NCBI GenBank assembly: GCA_963702085.1 | Contig: OY969707.1 | Coordinates: forward strand, 1,071,005 to 1,135,004 | DNA length: 64,000 nt | From: an uncultured Solirubrobacterales bacterium | Lineage (GTDB): Bacteria > Actinomycetota > Thermoleophilia > Solirubrobacterales > Solirubrobacteraceae | Reading direction: 5' to 3' | Part shown: positions 50,327-60,674 of the stretch, one piece after another | Layout: each line of letters begins with the position of its first letter | Position numbering within the stretch: the first letter of the stretch is position 1 | Translations under genes and position numbers: made by a program | Notes under the pieces: generated by a model | What the model was told of the DNA's origin: nothing | The model's database searches: none | The model's input: the letters and a program-made list of their open reading frames with translations, nothing else

Positions 50327-51169
50327 ATGAGGGTGGGCCATCCGGGCGAGCGTTGGGGCACGCTGATCGAGCGGGTGCAGCGCGATGCGATCCGTGATTT
50401 CAGCGCGGTCGCGGAGGACTTTCTGGCGTTGATGTGGTGCCTTGACCAATACCGGATCGCTGACGCGCCACCACCCGGGATGGGGAACCCCACGGCGAAC
50501 CCTCAGTCTCGCATGGACGGCATCTACCGCGGTAAGGGACTCTGGTTCTCGACGCTCCTCGGGCTGCTACTGGATAATCGAACGGGGCAGAAGATCCGCT
50601 CGCGCTCGAGAATCCGGGGCTACTCCCAGAAGCACCAGATCGATCTCGCGTGGCCTGACCGTGATATCGCGCCGATCATCTGCGCGGAGTCGAAGATCAC
50701 GGGCGGCCCTGCCTACCGCAAATACCGTGCGCGGGGCGCGATGGACGATTGGACTACCCGGCGTAAGGAGCTGAAGTTCGCTGCCACCGACCTGAAGCTT
50801 TCCCGCCGCGATCAGACCGTGCGGATCGGGCACTGGGCGGTGTGGCGCTCGAAGGCCGCGCCGATGGCGTTCATGTTGTGGGGTGCACGGCTGGGCCATG
50901 GCGACTCAATCGAGCGGATGGTGCGAGAGACCGAGGCGCTGTTGGCGACCTACCTTGACGGCGCGGGTCTCTTCGCGTGGCGGGAGAACGAGGCGGGGAC
51001 CGGCTACCGCCCGGTCCCGCTGCCAGATGGCTCAAGCATTGAGGATCTCGACTCGGCTTTGTGGCGGATCGAGAGCGAGATCGCTGACGCGAACTCCACG
51101 GGGGCGTTGAACGCCCCCGTGGAGCCTTCAGCTCCGGTCGATCCGGCGTTGCTGCTGGAGGATGAATAG
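50327..51169 (+). CDS. Putative PD-(D/E)xK restriction endonuclease
   Basis: 26 nt downstream of the MTase; HQIDLAWP..IICAESK fits a D..ExK active site. Confidence 0.65.
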   Translation: MRVGHPGERWGTLIERVQRDAIRDFSAVAEDFLALMWCLDQYRIADAPPPGMGNPTANPQSRMDGIYRGKGLWFSTLLGLLLDNRTGQKIRSRSRIRGYSQKHQIDLAWPDRDIAPIICAESKITGGPAYRKYRARGAMDDWTTRRKELKFAATDLKLSRRDQTVRIGHWAVWRSKAAPMAFMLWGARLGHGDSIERMVRETEALLATYLDGAGLFAWRENEAGTGYRPVPLPDGSSIEDLDSALWRIESEIADANSTGALNAPVEPSAPVDPALLLEDE

Positions 51170-51286
51170 CCGCGCATCTCTGGCCCATTTGGGGGCGGTG
51201 TAGCCGGGCCGTCGCGCATGGAACATGAGAGAACGGAGCACCCGCGAGAGCGAGGCGTCGGGTGGGTGCGCCACTATGGGGCGCCC

Positions 51287-54200
51287 ATGCCCATCACGCT
51301 AGTAACCGGACCCGCCAACGCCGGCAAGGCCCGCGTCGTGATGGATGCCCTGCGTGCCCACCACGCTCGGGGAGAGCAGCCGCTGCTGGTGGTGCCCACC
51401 CGCGCCGACGTGGAGCGCTACCGAGGCGAGCTTGCCAGCGGCGGGCTCGTGGAGGGGGTGCGGGTGGAGCGCTTCGGAGGGCTGCTCGCCGAGGTGCTCC
51501 GCCGCGCCGCCGACCGGGGGCCGGCCGGCACGGTGCGGCCGCTCGGCCGACTCGCCCTCGAGCGGGTGCTCGCGGCGGCGTGGGAACACGCGCGTTCCGG
51601 AGGGCGCCGCGCGCGCGGGGGAGGGGCGGCGGCAAACGGAGAGGCGGCGGAGGGGGCCGCGGGGCTGCAGCACGCCCCCGGCAGGCCCCATACCCACGAC
51701 ACGCGCGCGGCGAAGCCGCTCCACGCGACCCCCGGCGTGGTGCGCGCCCTGGCGGCGCTCGTCGGGGAGCTCGAGGTCGCGCGCGTGTCCCCCGCCCGCC
51801 TACGCGAGGCGCTGGAGGCGTGGGCCACCGCGGACCCCGCGCACGCCCCCCGCGCGCGAGAGCTCGCGGAGCTCTATGCGGCCTACCGCCGTGCCACCGA
51901 GGAGCTCGGGCGCGCAGGTCCCGAGCGCCGCGCGGCGCTCGCGCTCGACGCGCTGCGCCGCGCCCCCGCGGCGTGGGCCGCCACGCCGGTGCTGCTCTAC
52001 GGCTTCGACGACCTCAGCGCGCTGCAGATGGACACGGTGGAGACACTCGGCGTGAAGGTGGACGCTCCGGTGACGGTCTCGCTCGCCTACGAGCCGGGCC
52101 GCGTGGCGTTCGCCGGCCGTGGGGACACCTTCCAGCGCCTGGCGCCCCTCGCAGCCGTCCACCACCAGGTGGGGCCCCGCGCGGACTACTACGCGCCCGC
52201 CGCGCGCTCCGCGCTGCACCACCTGGAGCGCTTCCTGTTCGAGCCAGGCCCCCCCGCGGTCCCCGCGGCGGGAGCGGTGCGGCTGCTGGAGGGCGGGGGC
52301 GAACGTGCGGAGCTCGAGCTCGTCGCAGAGGACATCCGCGGTCTCCTGGCACGCGGGGTGCCGGCCGGGGAGATCGCCGTCGCCCACCGGGCCCCGGGGA
52401 GCGTCGCGGAGCTGGTGGGGGAGGTCTTCCGCGCCCGCGGCGTCCCCTTCGCGCTGGAGTGGCGCGTGCCGTTCGCGCACACCGCCCTCGGCCGCGCGCT
52501 GGTGGGGCTGCTCGCCGCGGCGTTCCCAGCCGGGGAGGACACAGGCGCGGGGGGCCTCCTGGCGTGGCTGCGGGCGCCCGGAGTGTTGGCCCGCCCCGAG
52601 CTCGCGGACGACCTTGAACGGCGCGCCCGGCAGGCGGGGGCGTCCACCGCGGCGCAGGTGCGCGCGCTGTGGGAGGCCGACCACTGGCCGCTGGAGACCC
52701 TGGACCGGTTGGGGGCGGCGGCGCAGCGAGGCCCCGCGGCGCTGGTCGCCCGCGTCGCGGAAGAGCTCGAAGCGTCTGGCCTCCCCCCCGGGGTGGCCCG
52801 CGGAGGAGACGCTCTCGCCCGTGGAGCCGCCCGAGGCGCGCGCGCTGGCCGTCGGCCGCGCGGCGCTCGAGGAGTTACGCGAGGTGGCCCACTCCGCGCC
52901 GGAGCTCGCCCCCGACGCGCACGGAGTGATCGCGAACCTGCGTGGGCTGGAGGTGGTCGTCGAGGAGGAGCCCTCAGGGGCGCAGCCGACGGGAGCGGGG
53001 GACGCCGCGTCAGCGGGCGCGCGCGGGGCTGTGGCCGTGCTCCACCCCCTCGCCCTGCGCGCGCGCCGGGTGCGCGCGCTGTTCGTGTGCGGCCTGCAGG
53101 AAGGCGTCTTCCCCGCGCCCGCGCGGCCCGAGCCGTTCCTCTCCGAGGAGGAGCGCCGCACGCTCGCGGAAGCCTCGGGCCTGCGGCTGGGACGCGCCGT
53201 GGACGTCCTGGCCGCCGAGCGGTACCTGCTGTACGCGGCGGTCTCGCGCCCTGAGGAGCTGCTCGTGCTCAGCTGGCACACCGCGGACGACGACGGCGTG
53301 CCAAGCGCCCGCTCGCTGTTCGTGGACGACGTGTGCGACCTGTTCGCGTGCGACCTCCACGCCGCGCGCACCAGGCGAGCGCTGGGTGAGGTGGGGGAGG
53401 GGAGGGGGCCGCGTGTGGCGAGGCCAGGCGCGGGACCCGCGGGACTGCCGGGTGGGCACCAGCCGGGGAGGGGTTCGGGTGTGGCGAGGCTCGGCGTAGC
53501 TCCGGCGGACCCGTCGGTTGGGGACCAGCGGGGGAACGGCCGGCACGAGCTCTCGGCGGGTGCCCCCGCGGGTGCGATCAAGCCCCTGAGCGACCCGCGG
53601 GTGCTGGCGCGGCTGCGCGAGCGGCGGCTGTGGTCGGCGTCGGGCCTGCAGGCGTGGGCCGGCTGTCCGGTGCGGTGGTTCGTGGAGCGGCTGCTGGTCG
53701 CGGGGGACCTCGAGCCCGACGCCGAGCCGCTGGCCCGCGGGAGCCTCGCGCACGCGGCGCTGCGCGACGTGCTGGAGAGTCTGCGGCGCGAGACGGGCTC
53801 CGCGCGCCTGACCCCCGAGCGGGTGCCCCGCGCGCGCGAGCTGCTGCACGCCGCACTGGAGCGTCACGTGGACGAGCGCCCGCTCTCCACCGCGCCGGAG
53901 CGCGTGCCGGGAGTGCGCCGGCGGCTGGAGGCCGACCTGGAGCGCTACCTGGTGCACGCCGCGGGCGAGCGGGCGGAGGCCGGCCACCAGGAGTGCCCGC
54001 CGGAGCCGACCCACTTCGAGATGCCCTTCGGTTTTCCGGAGGAGCCCGGGGGGCTGCCGGCGCTGGACCTCGGCGAGGGGGTGCAGGTGCGGGGCCGCGT
54101 CGACCGCGTCGACCTCGCCCCGGGCGGCGCCGCGGTGGTGTACGACTACAAGGGCACCTTCGCCCCCCCGCCCGACCGGTGGGTGTCCGAGCGCAGCTTC

Positions 54201-54515
54201 CAGGCGGCCCTCTACATGCGCGCGGTGGAGGCCCTGCCCGACGTGCGGGCGGTGGGGGGCTTCTACCAACCGCTCTCCGGCCGCGACCTGCGCGCCCGCG
54301 GGGTGCTCGCGCAGGGGGAGGGGGTCGAGCTCCCCTGCGTGCGCGGCGACGCGCGCGAGCCCGCGGAGGTGCGCGAGCTCGTCGAGGAGGTTCTCGCCGC
54401 GGCGCGGGCTGCCGCTGCGCAGGCGCGCGCAGGGGCCCTGGAGGCGCGCCCGCAGACCTGCGGCTTCGGGGGCTCCGGGTGCGTGTACCCCACGATCTGC
54501 CGGTGTGAGCGCTAG
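51287..54515 (+). CDS. addB: AddB/AdnA-like inactive helicase + Fe-S PD-(D/E)xK nuclease (frameshift near 52770)
   Basis: LVTGPANAGK, YGFDD, GLQEGVFP, CPVRWF, RGRVDRVD..YDYK, C..C.YPTIC. The two overlapping ORFs join if one A is removed at about 52770. Confidence 0.82.
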
Positions 54516-54628
54516 GACGACCGCTGAGCTACGCAATGCATTGTCCTCAGTCGCTCGCGTGCTTAGCACGCCACGCTCCTTGCGTTCTCGCCTTGCTTGC
54601 TCAGCGGTCGTCCTAGAGACGTAGTTCT

Positions 54629-57187
54629 ATGTCCAAGGAGATGACTCAAACCGTCGAGATCCCGGGAGCTCGCGCCCTCACCCCCGAGCAGGAGAAGGCC
54701 GTCGCGCGCCGCCGCGGTCCGCTGCTGCTGGCGGCGGGAGCGGGCACCGGGAAGACCTCGGTGCTCGTGGAGCGCTTCGTGCGGGCCGTGCGCGAGGACG
54801 GAGTCGCCCCAGGACGGATCCTCGCGATCACCTTCACCGAGCGCGCCGCCGCAGAGTTGCGCGGGCGGGTGCGCGCGCGCCTGCTGGAGCTCGGCGAGCG
54901 GGAGGCCGCCCGCGACACCGAGGGCGCCGCGATCGGCACCTTCCACGGTTTCTGCGCACGCCTGCTGCGCACCCACGCGCTCGCCGCGGGTCTCGACCCC
55001 GACTTCGCGATCCTCGACGAGGTCTCCGCGGGGCGGCTGGCGCTGCTGGCCTTCCGCCACGCGCTCGCCGGTCTGCTGGCCGAGACGGGGATGGGAGCCG
55101 ACGGTGAGTGTCTCCCGGCTTCGGCGGGGGAGCGCCACGAGGAGGCCGTCGACGTGCTCGCCGCCTACGGTGCGGACCGTGTGCGAGGGATGTTGTTGGG
55201 CGTGTACGCCGAGCTCCGCAGCCGCGGGGTGAGCCGGCCCACGCTGCCTCAGCCGGAGACCTCGGAGCCGTCGGAGGAGGCGGCGGTCCGGGCGTGCGCC
55301 GTGCTGGGCGAGGCGCTGGAGCGGTTCGCCCGCCACTACGCAGAGCTCAAGCACGCGCGCTCGGCGCTCGACTTCGACGACCTCGAGCTGTGCGCGCGGG
55401 ACCTGCTGGAGGGCCACGAGGGTGTGCGCCGGTCGTGGGCAGAGCGCCTGGAGCTGTTGATGGTTGACGAGTTCCAGGACACCAACCGCCGCCAGCTTGC
55501 CTTACTGGAGTTGCTGGAGCGCGACAACCTGTTCACCGTCGGCGACGCCCTGCAATCGATCTACGGCTTCCGCCACGCCGAGGTGGCCCTCTTCCGCGAG
55601 CGCTGCCGCCGGCTGGACGCCGAGGGAGCGGCGCTCGCACTGTCGCACAACTTTCGCAGCCGCCCCCCGCTGATCGCAGCGGTCAACGGCGTCTTCGCCG
55701 AGCGCTTCGCGGACGCCTACACCCCGCTCCTCGCCGCGCGCGAGGACGGCCCCGAGGAGGGGCCGGCGATCGAGCTGCTGCTCACCGACCGACGCGCCTG
55801 GTCGGAGCGCGGGGACCGGACCTCACCCACCCAGCCGCTCGCACAGGCCGTGGCCGGGACACTGCCGCCGGCGGCCCTCTGGCGCCACGCCGAAGCGCGT
55901 CTGCTGGCCCAGCGCGTCGCCGAGCTCGTGGACGCCGGGCAGGCCGCGGCGGGGGACGTGGCGGTGCTGCTGCGCGCCGCGGGCGACCTGCCGGTGTACG
56001 AGCGCGCCCTGGAGGAGCGCGGCCTGCGCACGCTCGCGGCTGTGGGCACCTTCTGGGGCCACCCGCAGATCGGCGACCTGGTGGCGTGGCTGCGTGCGCT
56101 CGCCAACCCGCTGGACGAGCTCGCGCTCTACTCCGTGCTCGCCTCACCGCTCGTGGGGCTCTCCTCCGACGGTCTCGCGCTGGTGGCGCTCCACGCGCGC
56201 GCGGCCGGGGGTGGCGCGTGGGCGGCGATCTCCGGCGCGGACGGCGCGGACGGAGAGGGCGCGGAGGACGTGGGCAGGGGGGGTGCGGGCGCGGATGGTG
56301 TGGGCGCCGAGGGTGTGGGTGTGGAGGGCTTGCGCGCGGATGGTCGTGGGCCGGAGGGCGCGCTCTACGCGAGCCTGCCCGACCCCGACCGCGAACGCCT
56401 CGCGCGCTTCGCCGCGCACTTCGCGGCCGAGCGCCGCGCCGCGCCGGCGCACCCCCTCGCCGAGCTGCTGCTGCGCGCGGTCGCCCACGCCGACTACGAA
56501 CGCCACGTGCTCTCGCTCGAGTGGGGCGAGCGGCGCCTGGCGAACATCCACAAGCTGCTGCGCCTCGCCCGTCGCTTCGAAGCCGCCGAGGGCCGCGACC
56601 TGCGGGGCTTCCTCGACCACGTCGCCCACCGCGAGGCGTTTTCCGAGGGCTCCGAGCCCCACGCCCCGACGGGCTCGGAGCCCGACGCGGTGCGGCTGAT
56701 GACGATCCACGCCGCCAAGGGCCTCGAGTTCCCCGTGGTGTGCCTCGCCGACCTCGGGCGCGCTCCCGCCGGCACGCCACCCGACCTGCTGGTGGACGGC
56801 GAGCGCCTCGGCCTGCGCCTCGCGAGCCTCGACGGCTCCCCGCCCGTGGGGTGTCTGCGCTACGAGGAGCTCTACGAGGAGCGCCGCAGCGCGGAGGCGG
56901 CGGAGGAGGAGCGGATCGTCTACGTCGCGCTGACCCGCGCTCGCGAGCGCCTGTTGCTGAGCGGGGCCTGCGACTTCGAGCGCTGGTCCGGTGGCGCGCC
57001 CATCACCTGGCTGGCCCCCGCGCTCGTGCCCGAGCTGCCCGCGCTCGCCAGCACGCTGGAGCGGCCTGTGGTGGACCTACCCGTGGCCGGCGGCGGAGGC
57101 GTGGAGGCGCGCTGCTGGCTGAACAGCCCCGCGACCGTGGGGAGCGTACTGCGGGAGGGGTCTCTGCACGAGGCTATGCTCGTGTGA
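54629..57187 (+). CDS. addA: AddA/UvrD-type helicase without a C-terminal nuclease domain
   Basis: AGAGTGKT, VDEFQDTN, VGDALQSIYGFR, NFRS, MTIHAAKGLEF, YVALTRA; ends about 80 aa after motif VI. Confidence 0.82.
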   Translation: MSKEMTQTVEIPGARALTPEQEKAVARRRGPLLLAAGAGTGKTSVLVERFVRAVREDGVAPGRILAITFTERAAAELRGRVRARLLELGEREAARDTEGAAIGTFHGFCARLLRTHALAAGLDPDFAILDEVSAGRLALLAFRHALAGLLAETGMGADGECLPASAGERHEEAVDVLAAYGADRVRGMLLGVYAELRSRGVSRPTLPQPETSEPSEEAAVRACAVLGEALERFARHYAELKHARSALDFDDLELCARDLLEGHEGVRRSWAERLELLMVDEFQDTNRRQLALLELLERDNLFTVGDALQSIYGFRHAEVALFRERCRRLDAEGAALALSHNFRSRPPLIAAVNGVFAERFADAYTPLLAAREDGPEEGPAIELLLTDRRAWSERGDRTSPTQPLAQAVAGTLPPAALWRHAEARLLAQRVAELVDAGQAAAGDVAVLLRAAGDLPVYERALEERGLRTLAAVGTFWGHPQIGDLVAWLRALANPLDELALYSVLASPLVGLSSDGLALVALHARAAGGGAWAAISGADGADGEGAEDVGRGGAGADGVGAEGVGVEGLRADGRGPEGALYASLPDPDRERLARFAAHFAAERRAAPAHPLAELLLRAVAHADYERHVLSLEWGERRLANIHKLLRLARRFEAAEGRDLRGFLDHVAHREAFSEGSEPHAPTGSEPDAVRLMTIHAAKGLEFPVVCLADLGRAPAGTPPDLLVDGERLGLRLASLDGSPPVGCLRYEELYEERRSAEAAEEERIVYVALTRARERLLLSGACDFERWSGGAPITWLAPALVPELPALASTLERPVVDLPVAGGGGVEARCWLNSPATVGSVLREGSLHEAMLV

Positions 57188-58032
57188 TGAGGCCGACCGG
57201 CTCTGCGAGCGGCCAGCTTGGGGTGGGTGCTCACCCTCCCCGCCCGTCCCAGGCGGCGATCGTCGAGCGCGCGCGCGGGGAGGCCTCCGACGCGGAGCTC
57301 TTCGCCCGCACGCGTGACCACGCCGACGCGCGCGCGCGAGAGATGCTGATCGAGCGCTACCTCCCGCTCGCCCGCCGCCTGGCCCGTCGCTACCAGCGCG
57401 CGGAGGAGCCGCTGGAGGACCTCGTGCAGGTCGCCTCGCTGGGCCTCGTCAAGGCGATCGACCGCTTCGACGCGGGCCGCGCAGTGGTCTTCTCCTCCTA
57501 CGCCGTCCCCACGATCCTCGGGGAGCTCCGCCGACACTTTCGCGACCGCACGTGGTCGGTGCGCGTTCCTCGCGACCTGCAGGAGCTGGCGCTGCACGTG
57601 GACCACGCGGTCACGCGCCTCTCCGTCGGTCAGCGCCGCTCGCCGTCGGTGAGCGAGATCGCGCACGCCGTGGGCGCCTCCGACGAGCAGGTGCTGGACG
57701 CTCTGGAGGCCGCCGCCGCGTACCGCGCGACCTCGCTCGACGCCTCGCGCTCGGCCACCCACGGCGAGGAGGCCGGGGAAAGCGTCGCCGACACGCTCGG
57801 CACGCACGAGGACGGCTTCCGGCGCGCCGAGGAGCGCGCCACGCTGGAGCCGCTGCTGGCCCGACTCACCCCCCGCGAACGGGTCGTCCTGCAACTGCGC
57901 TTCGGCGAGGACCTCACCCAGGCGGAGATCGGCGAGCGCATCGGCGTCTCCCAGATGCAGGTCTCACGCCTCATCCGCCAGGCTCTCGCGCGGATGCGCG
58001 CCGGGCTCGGGGACGGTGGGGAGCCCGGGTAG
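57187..58032 (+). CDS. SigB/SigF/SigG-family RNA polymerase sigma factor
   Basis: EDLVQVASLGLVKAIDRFD, YAVPTILGELRRHFRD, TQAEIGERIGVSQMQVSR; TGATG overlap with addA. Confidence 0.95.
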   Translation: MRPTGSASGQLGVGAHPPRPSQAAIVERARGEASDAELFARTRDHADARAREMLIERYLPLARRLARRYQRAEEPLEDLVQVASLGLVKAIDRFDAGRAVVFSSYAVPTILGELRRHFRDRTWSVRVPRDLQELALHVDHAVTRLSVGQRRSPSVSEIAHAVGASDEQVLDALEAAAAYRATSLDASRSATHGEEAGESVADTLGTHEDGFRRAEERATLEPLLARLTPRERVVLQLRFGEDLTQAEIGERIGVSQMQVSRLIRQALARMRAGLGDGGEPG

Positions 58033-58080
58033 GCCGGGGGCTCGCCCGCGCGCTCGATTCGGGCGATCTCCTGAGGTGTC

Positions 58081-58521
58081 TCAGGCCATCTGGATAGGCA
58101 CGACGCTCAATCCGGGAATGCGGTCGAAGTGACGGACGTTGGCGGTCCCGACCCGCCACCCTGCGGCCATGGCGGTAGCGGCGACGAGTCGGTCATGGGC
58201 TCCAACCTCAGTCCCTCCTGAGGTCAGACCAGCCCAGAGCCTCGCGTGGGCTCGCGCGACGAGCAGGTCGAAGGAGAGTGTCGGGAACGCCGCAAGCACG
58301 GCCTCTACGAATGCTTCGCGCCGTACGCGATGCTCCTCCGTGGCTCTGTGCACCCCGTGCAGCAACTCCGAGGCGGTGATCGCAGCGATCCCCACGTCCT
58401 CGTTCTCGCCCACCTGGGACTCCAAGCGCTGGGAGACCTCGGTCATGGCACGCGCTGCGGGTAGACCACGCATAGCCCGCTCGAGCTCGATAAAGACGGT
58501 GGTGTCTAGGACTGTGCCCAC
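58081..58521 (-). CDS. vapC: PIN-domain VapC-family toxin
   Basis: VLDTTVFI, ITASELLHG, HDRLVAATA, TANVRHFDRIPGL. Confidence 0.92.
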   Translation of the reverse strand: MGTVLDTTVFIELERAMRGLPAARAMTEVSQRLESQVGENEDVGIAAITASELLHGVHRATEEHRVRREAFVEAVLAAFPTLSFDLLVARAHARLWAGLTSGGTEVGAHDRLVAATAMAAGWRVGTANVRHFDRIPGLSVVPIQMA

Positions 58522-58790
58522 GGATCGGCCGGTGCCGGCCCGACTGTGCCGAGCACGACTTCCATGTCCTCGGCGAAGGCGGGATCGGGAGGGGCGGCGT
58601 GCATGAGCAGGGCGAGCGCCTCCCTCAGTGGCCGTCCGCGACGCGACGCAGTCGCTCGTCCACGATCGTCGGGATGGACGATGACGTAGGTCGGTCGTTC
58701 GCGATTGAAGACCACGACCTCCTCATGCTGGGCCACGGCCTCCCGAGCCCGGCGCGGAATCCTGACCTCCTCAGCTTTGATCGCTGCCAC
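58506..58790 (-). CDS. Antitoxin (Phd/YefM-like)
   Basis: EEVVVFNRERP.YVIV strand, PDPAFAED..DPW tail; overlaps the toxin start. Confidence 0.75.
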   Translation of the reverse strand: MAAIKAEEVRIPRRAREAVAQHEEVVVFNRERPTYVIVHPDDRGRATASRRGRPLREALALLMHAAPPDPAFAEDMEVVLGTVGPAPADPWAQS

Positions 58791-58810
58791 CCCTGGATCG
58801 TAGCAGACCA

Positions 58811-58836
58811 GTACGGAACCATACGGAACCGTACGG
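58811..58836. promoter_or_regulatory. 10-bp-phased repeats upstream of the antitoxin (operator candidate)
   Basis: GTACGGAACC-ATACGGAACC-GTACGG. Confidence 0.5.
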
Positions 58837-59222
58837 TAGTGCCTTGGGCGCTGGGTAGTGCCTCAGTTTGGTCGGGACTCGCAGGCCCGCGAGACGCCAT
58901 ATAGTGCATTTTGGGCGGACATATACAGCTACTGGACCTCTCACAACTGCCATCTGGCTGCTGCCCACAGATCCAGTAGGTGGTATACCCCCAACTGGTA
59001 CACCACCGGGACCTGCACACCGCTGGGGTCTGCGCTGCGAACGCTGCGCCGCCGCCGCCTTCCGGGGTGGCCTCCTTTCTACACCACGCCCGGGTCCGCA
59101 CCACGAACGCCGCCGGCCGCCCCTCCGGGGGGCGGCTCATCCTCCCCCTCCCTACCCGCCCCGGGGCGCGGGACGCCTCGTGCAGGGCTTGACTTCGAGG
59201 CTGTACCAGTCACACTGTGGTG

Positions 59223-60179
59223 ATGCCCCACTCGATGTGGAAAGGCACACTCACCTTTGGCCTGGTCTCCGTGCCGGTCAAGCTCTACTCCGCGGTCGTC
59301 TCGCGCTCGGTGCGCTTTCACCAGCTGCACGCCACCGACCACGCGCGCATCGTGCAACGGCGCTTCTGCTCGGCGGAGGGCGAGGAGGTCCCCTTCGAGG
59401 AGATCGTCAAGGGTTACGAGATCGCCCCCGGGCGGCACGTCGTGATCGAGCCCGAGGAGTTCGACGCACTGGAACCCGCCTTCACGCGCTCCATCGAGAT
59501 CGAGGACTTCGTGCAGCTCGATGAGATCGACCCGATCTTTTTCGACCGGCCCTACTTCCTCGCGCCCTCCCGTGGCGGCGCCCGCCCCTACCGGCTGCTG
59601 CTGGAGGCGATGCGCGACACCGGCAAGGTCGCGATCGGGCGCGTCGTGCTGCGCTCCCGCCAGCAGCTCGTCGCGGTCCACCCGCGCGAGGGGCTGCTGC
59701 TGATGAGCACCCTGGTCTTCGCCGACGAGATCCAGCAGACCTCCGAGCTTGGCGAGCTCCGGGAAGCGGCCGAGGTGGAGCTGGGCGCTCACGAGCGGGA
59801 CGTAGCCGTTCGCCTCGTGGAGTCCATCGCCCGCCCCTTCGACCCGGCCAACTACCACGACACCTACCGCGAGGCGCTGCTCGAGCTGATCGACCGCAAG
59901 GCGGGCGGCGAGCAGGTCGTGCTGGAACCCCCCGTCCTGGAGGAGCCGCTGCAGGCCGCCGACCTGATGAGCGCCCTGGAGGCCTGCCTCGCCCAGGTGC
60001 GCGCCCGCCGCGACGGGGACGGTGCGTCCACCGCTGGTCGAAGCGGGGATGCTGGTCGAACGCGAGTGTCTCCCGGCTCCGGCAAGCGCGCCAAGGCCCC
60101 AGCTAAAAGCAAGGCTCCCGCCAAAGCCAAGAGCAAGCCGAAGCAGCCCCAGGGCACGAAGCAGCCCCAGAGCAGCTAG
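59223..60179 (+). CDS. ku: Non-homologous end-joining protein Ku
   Basis: WKGTLTFGLVSVPVKLYSA, IVKGYE, IDPIFFDRPYFL, DLMSAL; Lys/Ala-rich tail. Confidence 0.95.
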   Translation: MPHSMWKGTLTFGLVSVPVKLYSAVVSRSVRFHQLHATDHARIVQRRFCSAEGEEVPFEEIVKGYEIAPGRHVVIEPEEFDALEPAFTRSIEIEDFVQLDEIDPIFFDRPYFLAPSRGGARPYRLLLEAMRDTGKVAIGRVVLRSRQQLVAVHPREGLLLMSTLVFADEIQQTSELGELREAAEVELGAHERDVAVRLVESIARPFDPANYHDTYREALLELIDRKAGGEQVVLEPPVLEEPLQAADLMSALEACLAQVRARRDGDGASTAGRSGDAGRTRVSPGSGKRAKAPAKSKAPAKAKSKPKQPQGTKQPQSS

Positions 60180-60674
60180 TCAGAACGCGAGCCCCACCAC
60201 GAGCTCCTCGCCGGTGCCCCCGGCCGCCGGCTCGATGCGCAGCTCGTCCGTCATCCGCTCCAACACGTTGCCGACCCCCGGTAGCACGGCGTCCTGCACG
60301 AGCCGGTTCGCGGCCTGCTCCGGGAGCTCGCTCACGCGCAGCTCGAGCGCTCTGCCGCGCACGCTCACCGCGAACGTGACGTGGCCGTTTTCAGCACGCG
60401 CGGGTGCGTGGGCGCTGAGTGCGTCGCAGACCACCATCGCGTCCTCCAAGCGGTCCATCGGGCAGTCGGCCCGCACCAGCACCATCGACACGACCCTGCA
60501 CAACACCGGCCCCACCAGCGGGCCGTTGGCGAGGCGCAGCGACGCCGAGCCTTCGTACGGACTCTCCCCGTGGTCGGGGAGCTGCACGGGAGGGCTCTCC
60601 CCATGGTCCGGCGGCGCGTGGGAACCCTTGCCGTGACCGGGCCGTGCGCCGCTGCCTGGGGGCTCCTCGCTCAC
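60180..60674 (-). CDS. Degenerate anti-sigma (RsbW-like) protein
   Basis: DRLEDAMVVCDAL..LELRV..VLERMTDELRIE resembles the HATPase fold without N/G boxes; coupled to the upstream rsbW-like gene. Confidence 0.55.
   Translation of the reverse strand: MSEEPPGSGARPGHGKGSHAPPDHGESPPVQLPDHGESPYEGSASLRLANGPLVGPVLCRVVSMVLVRADCPMDRLEDAMVVCDALSAHAPARAENGHVTFAVSVRGRALELRVSELPEQAANRLVQDAVLPGVGNVLERMTDELRIEPAAGGTGEELVVGLAF

Noticed and set aside
51287-54515. Cas4-like nuclease or programmed frameshift in addB
   Set aside because: The Fe-S PD-(D/E)xK domain is the normal AddB C-terminus next to addA, and the shift fits the window-wide indel pattern.
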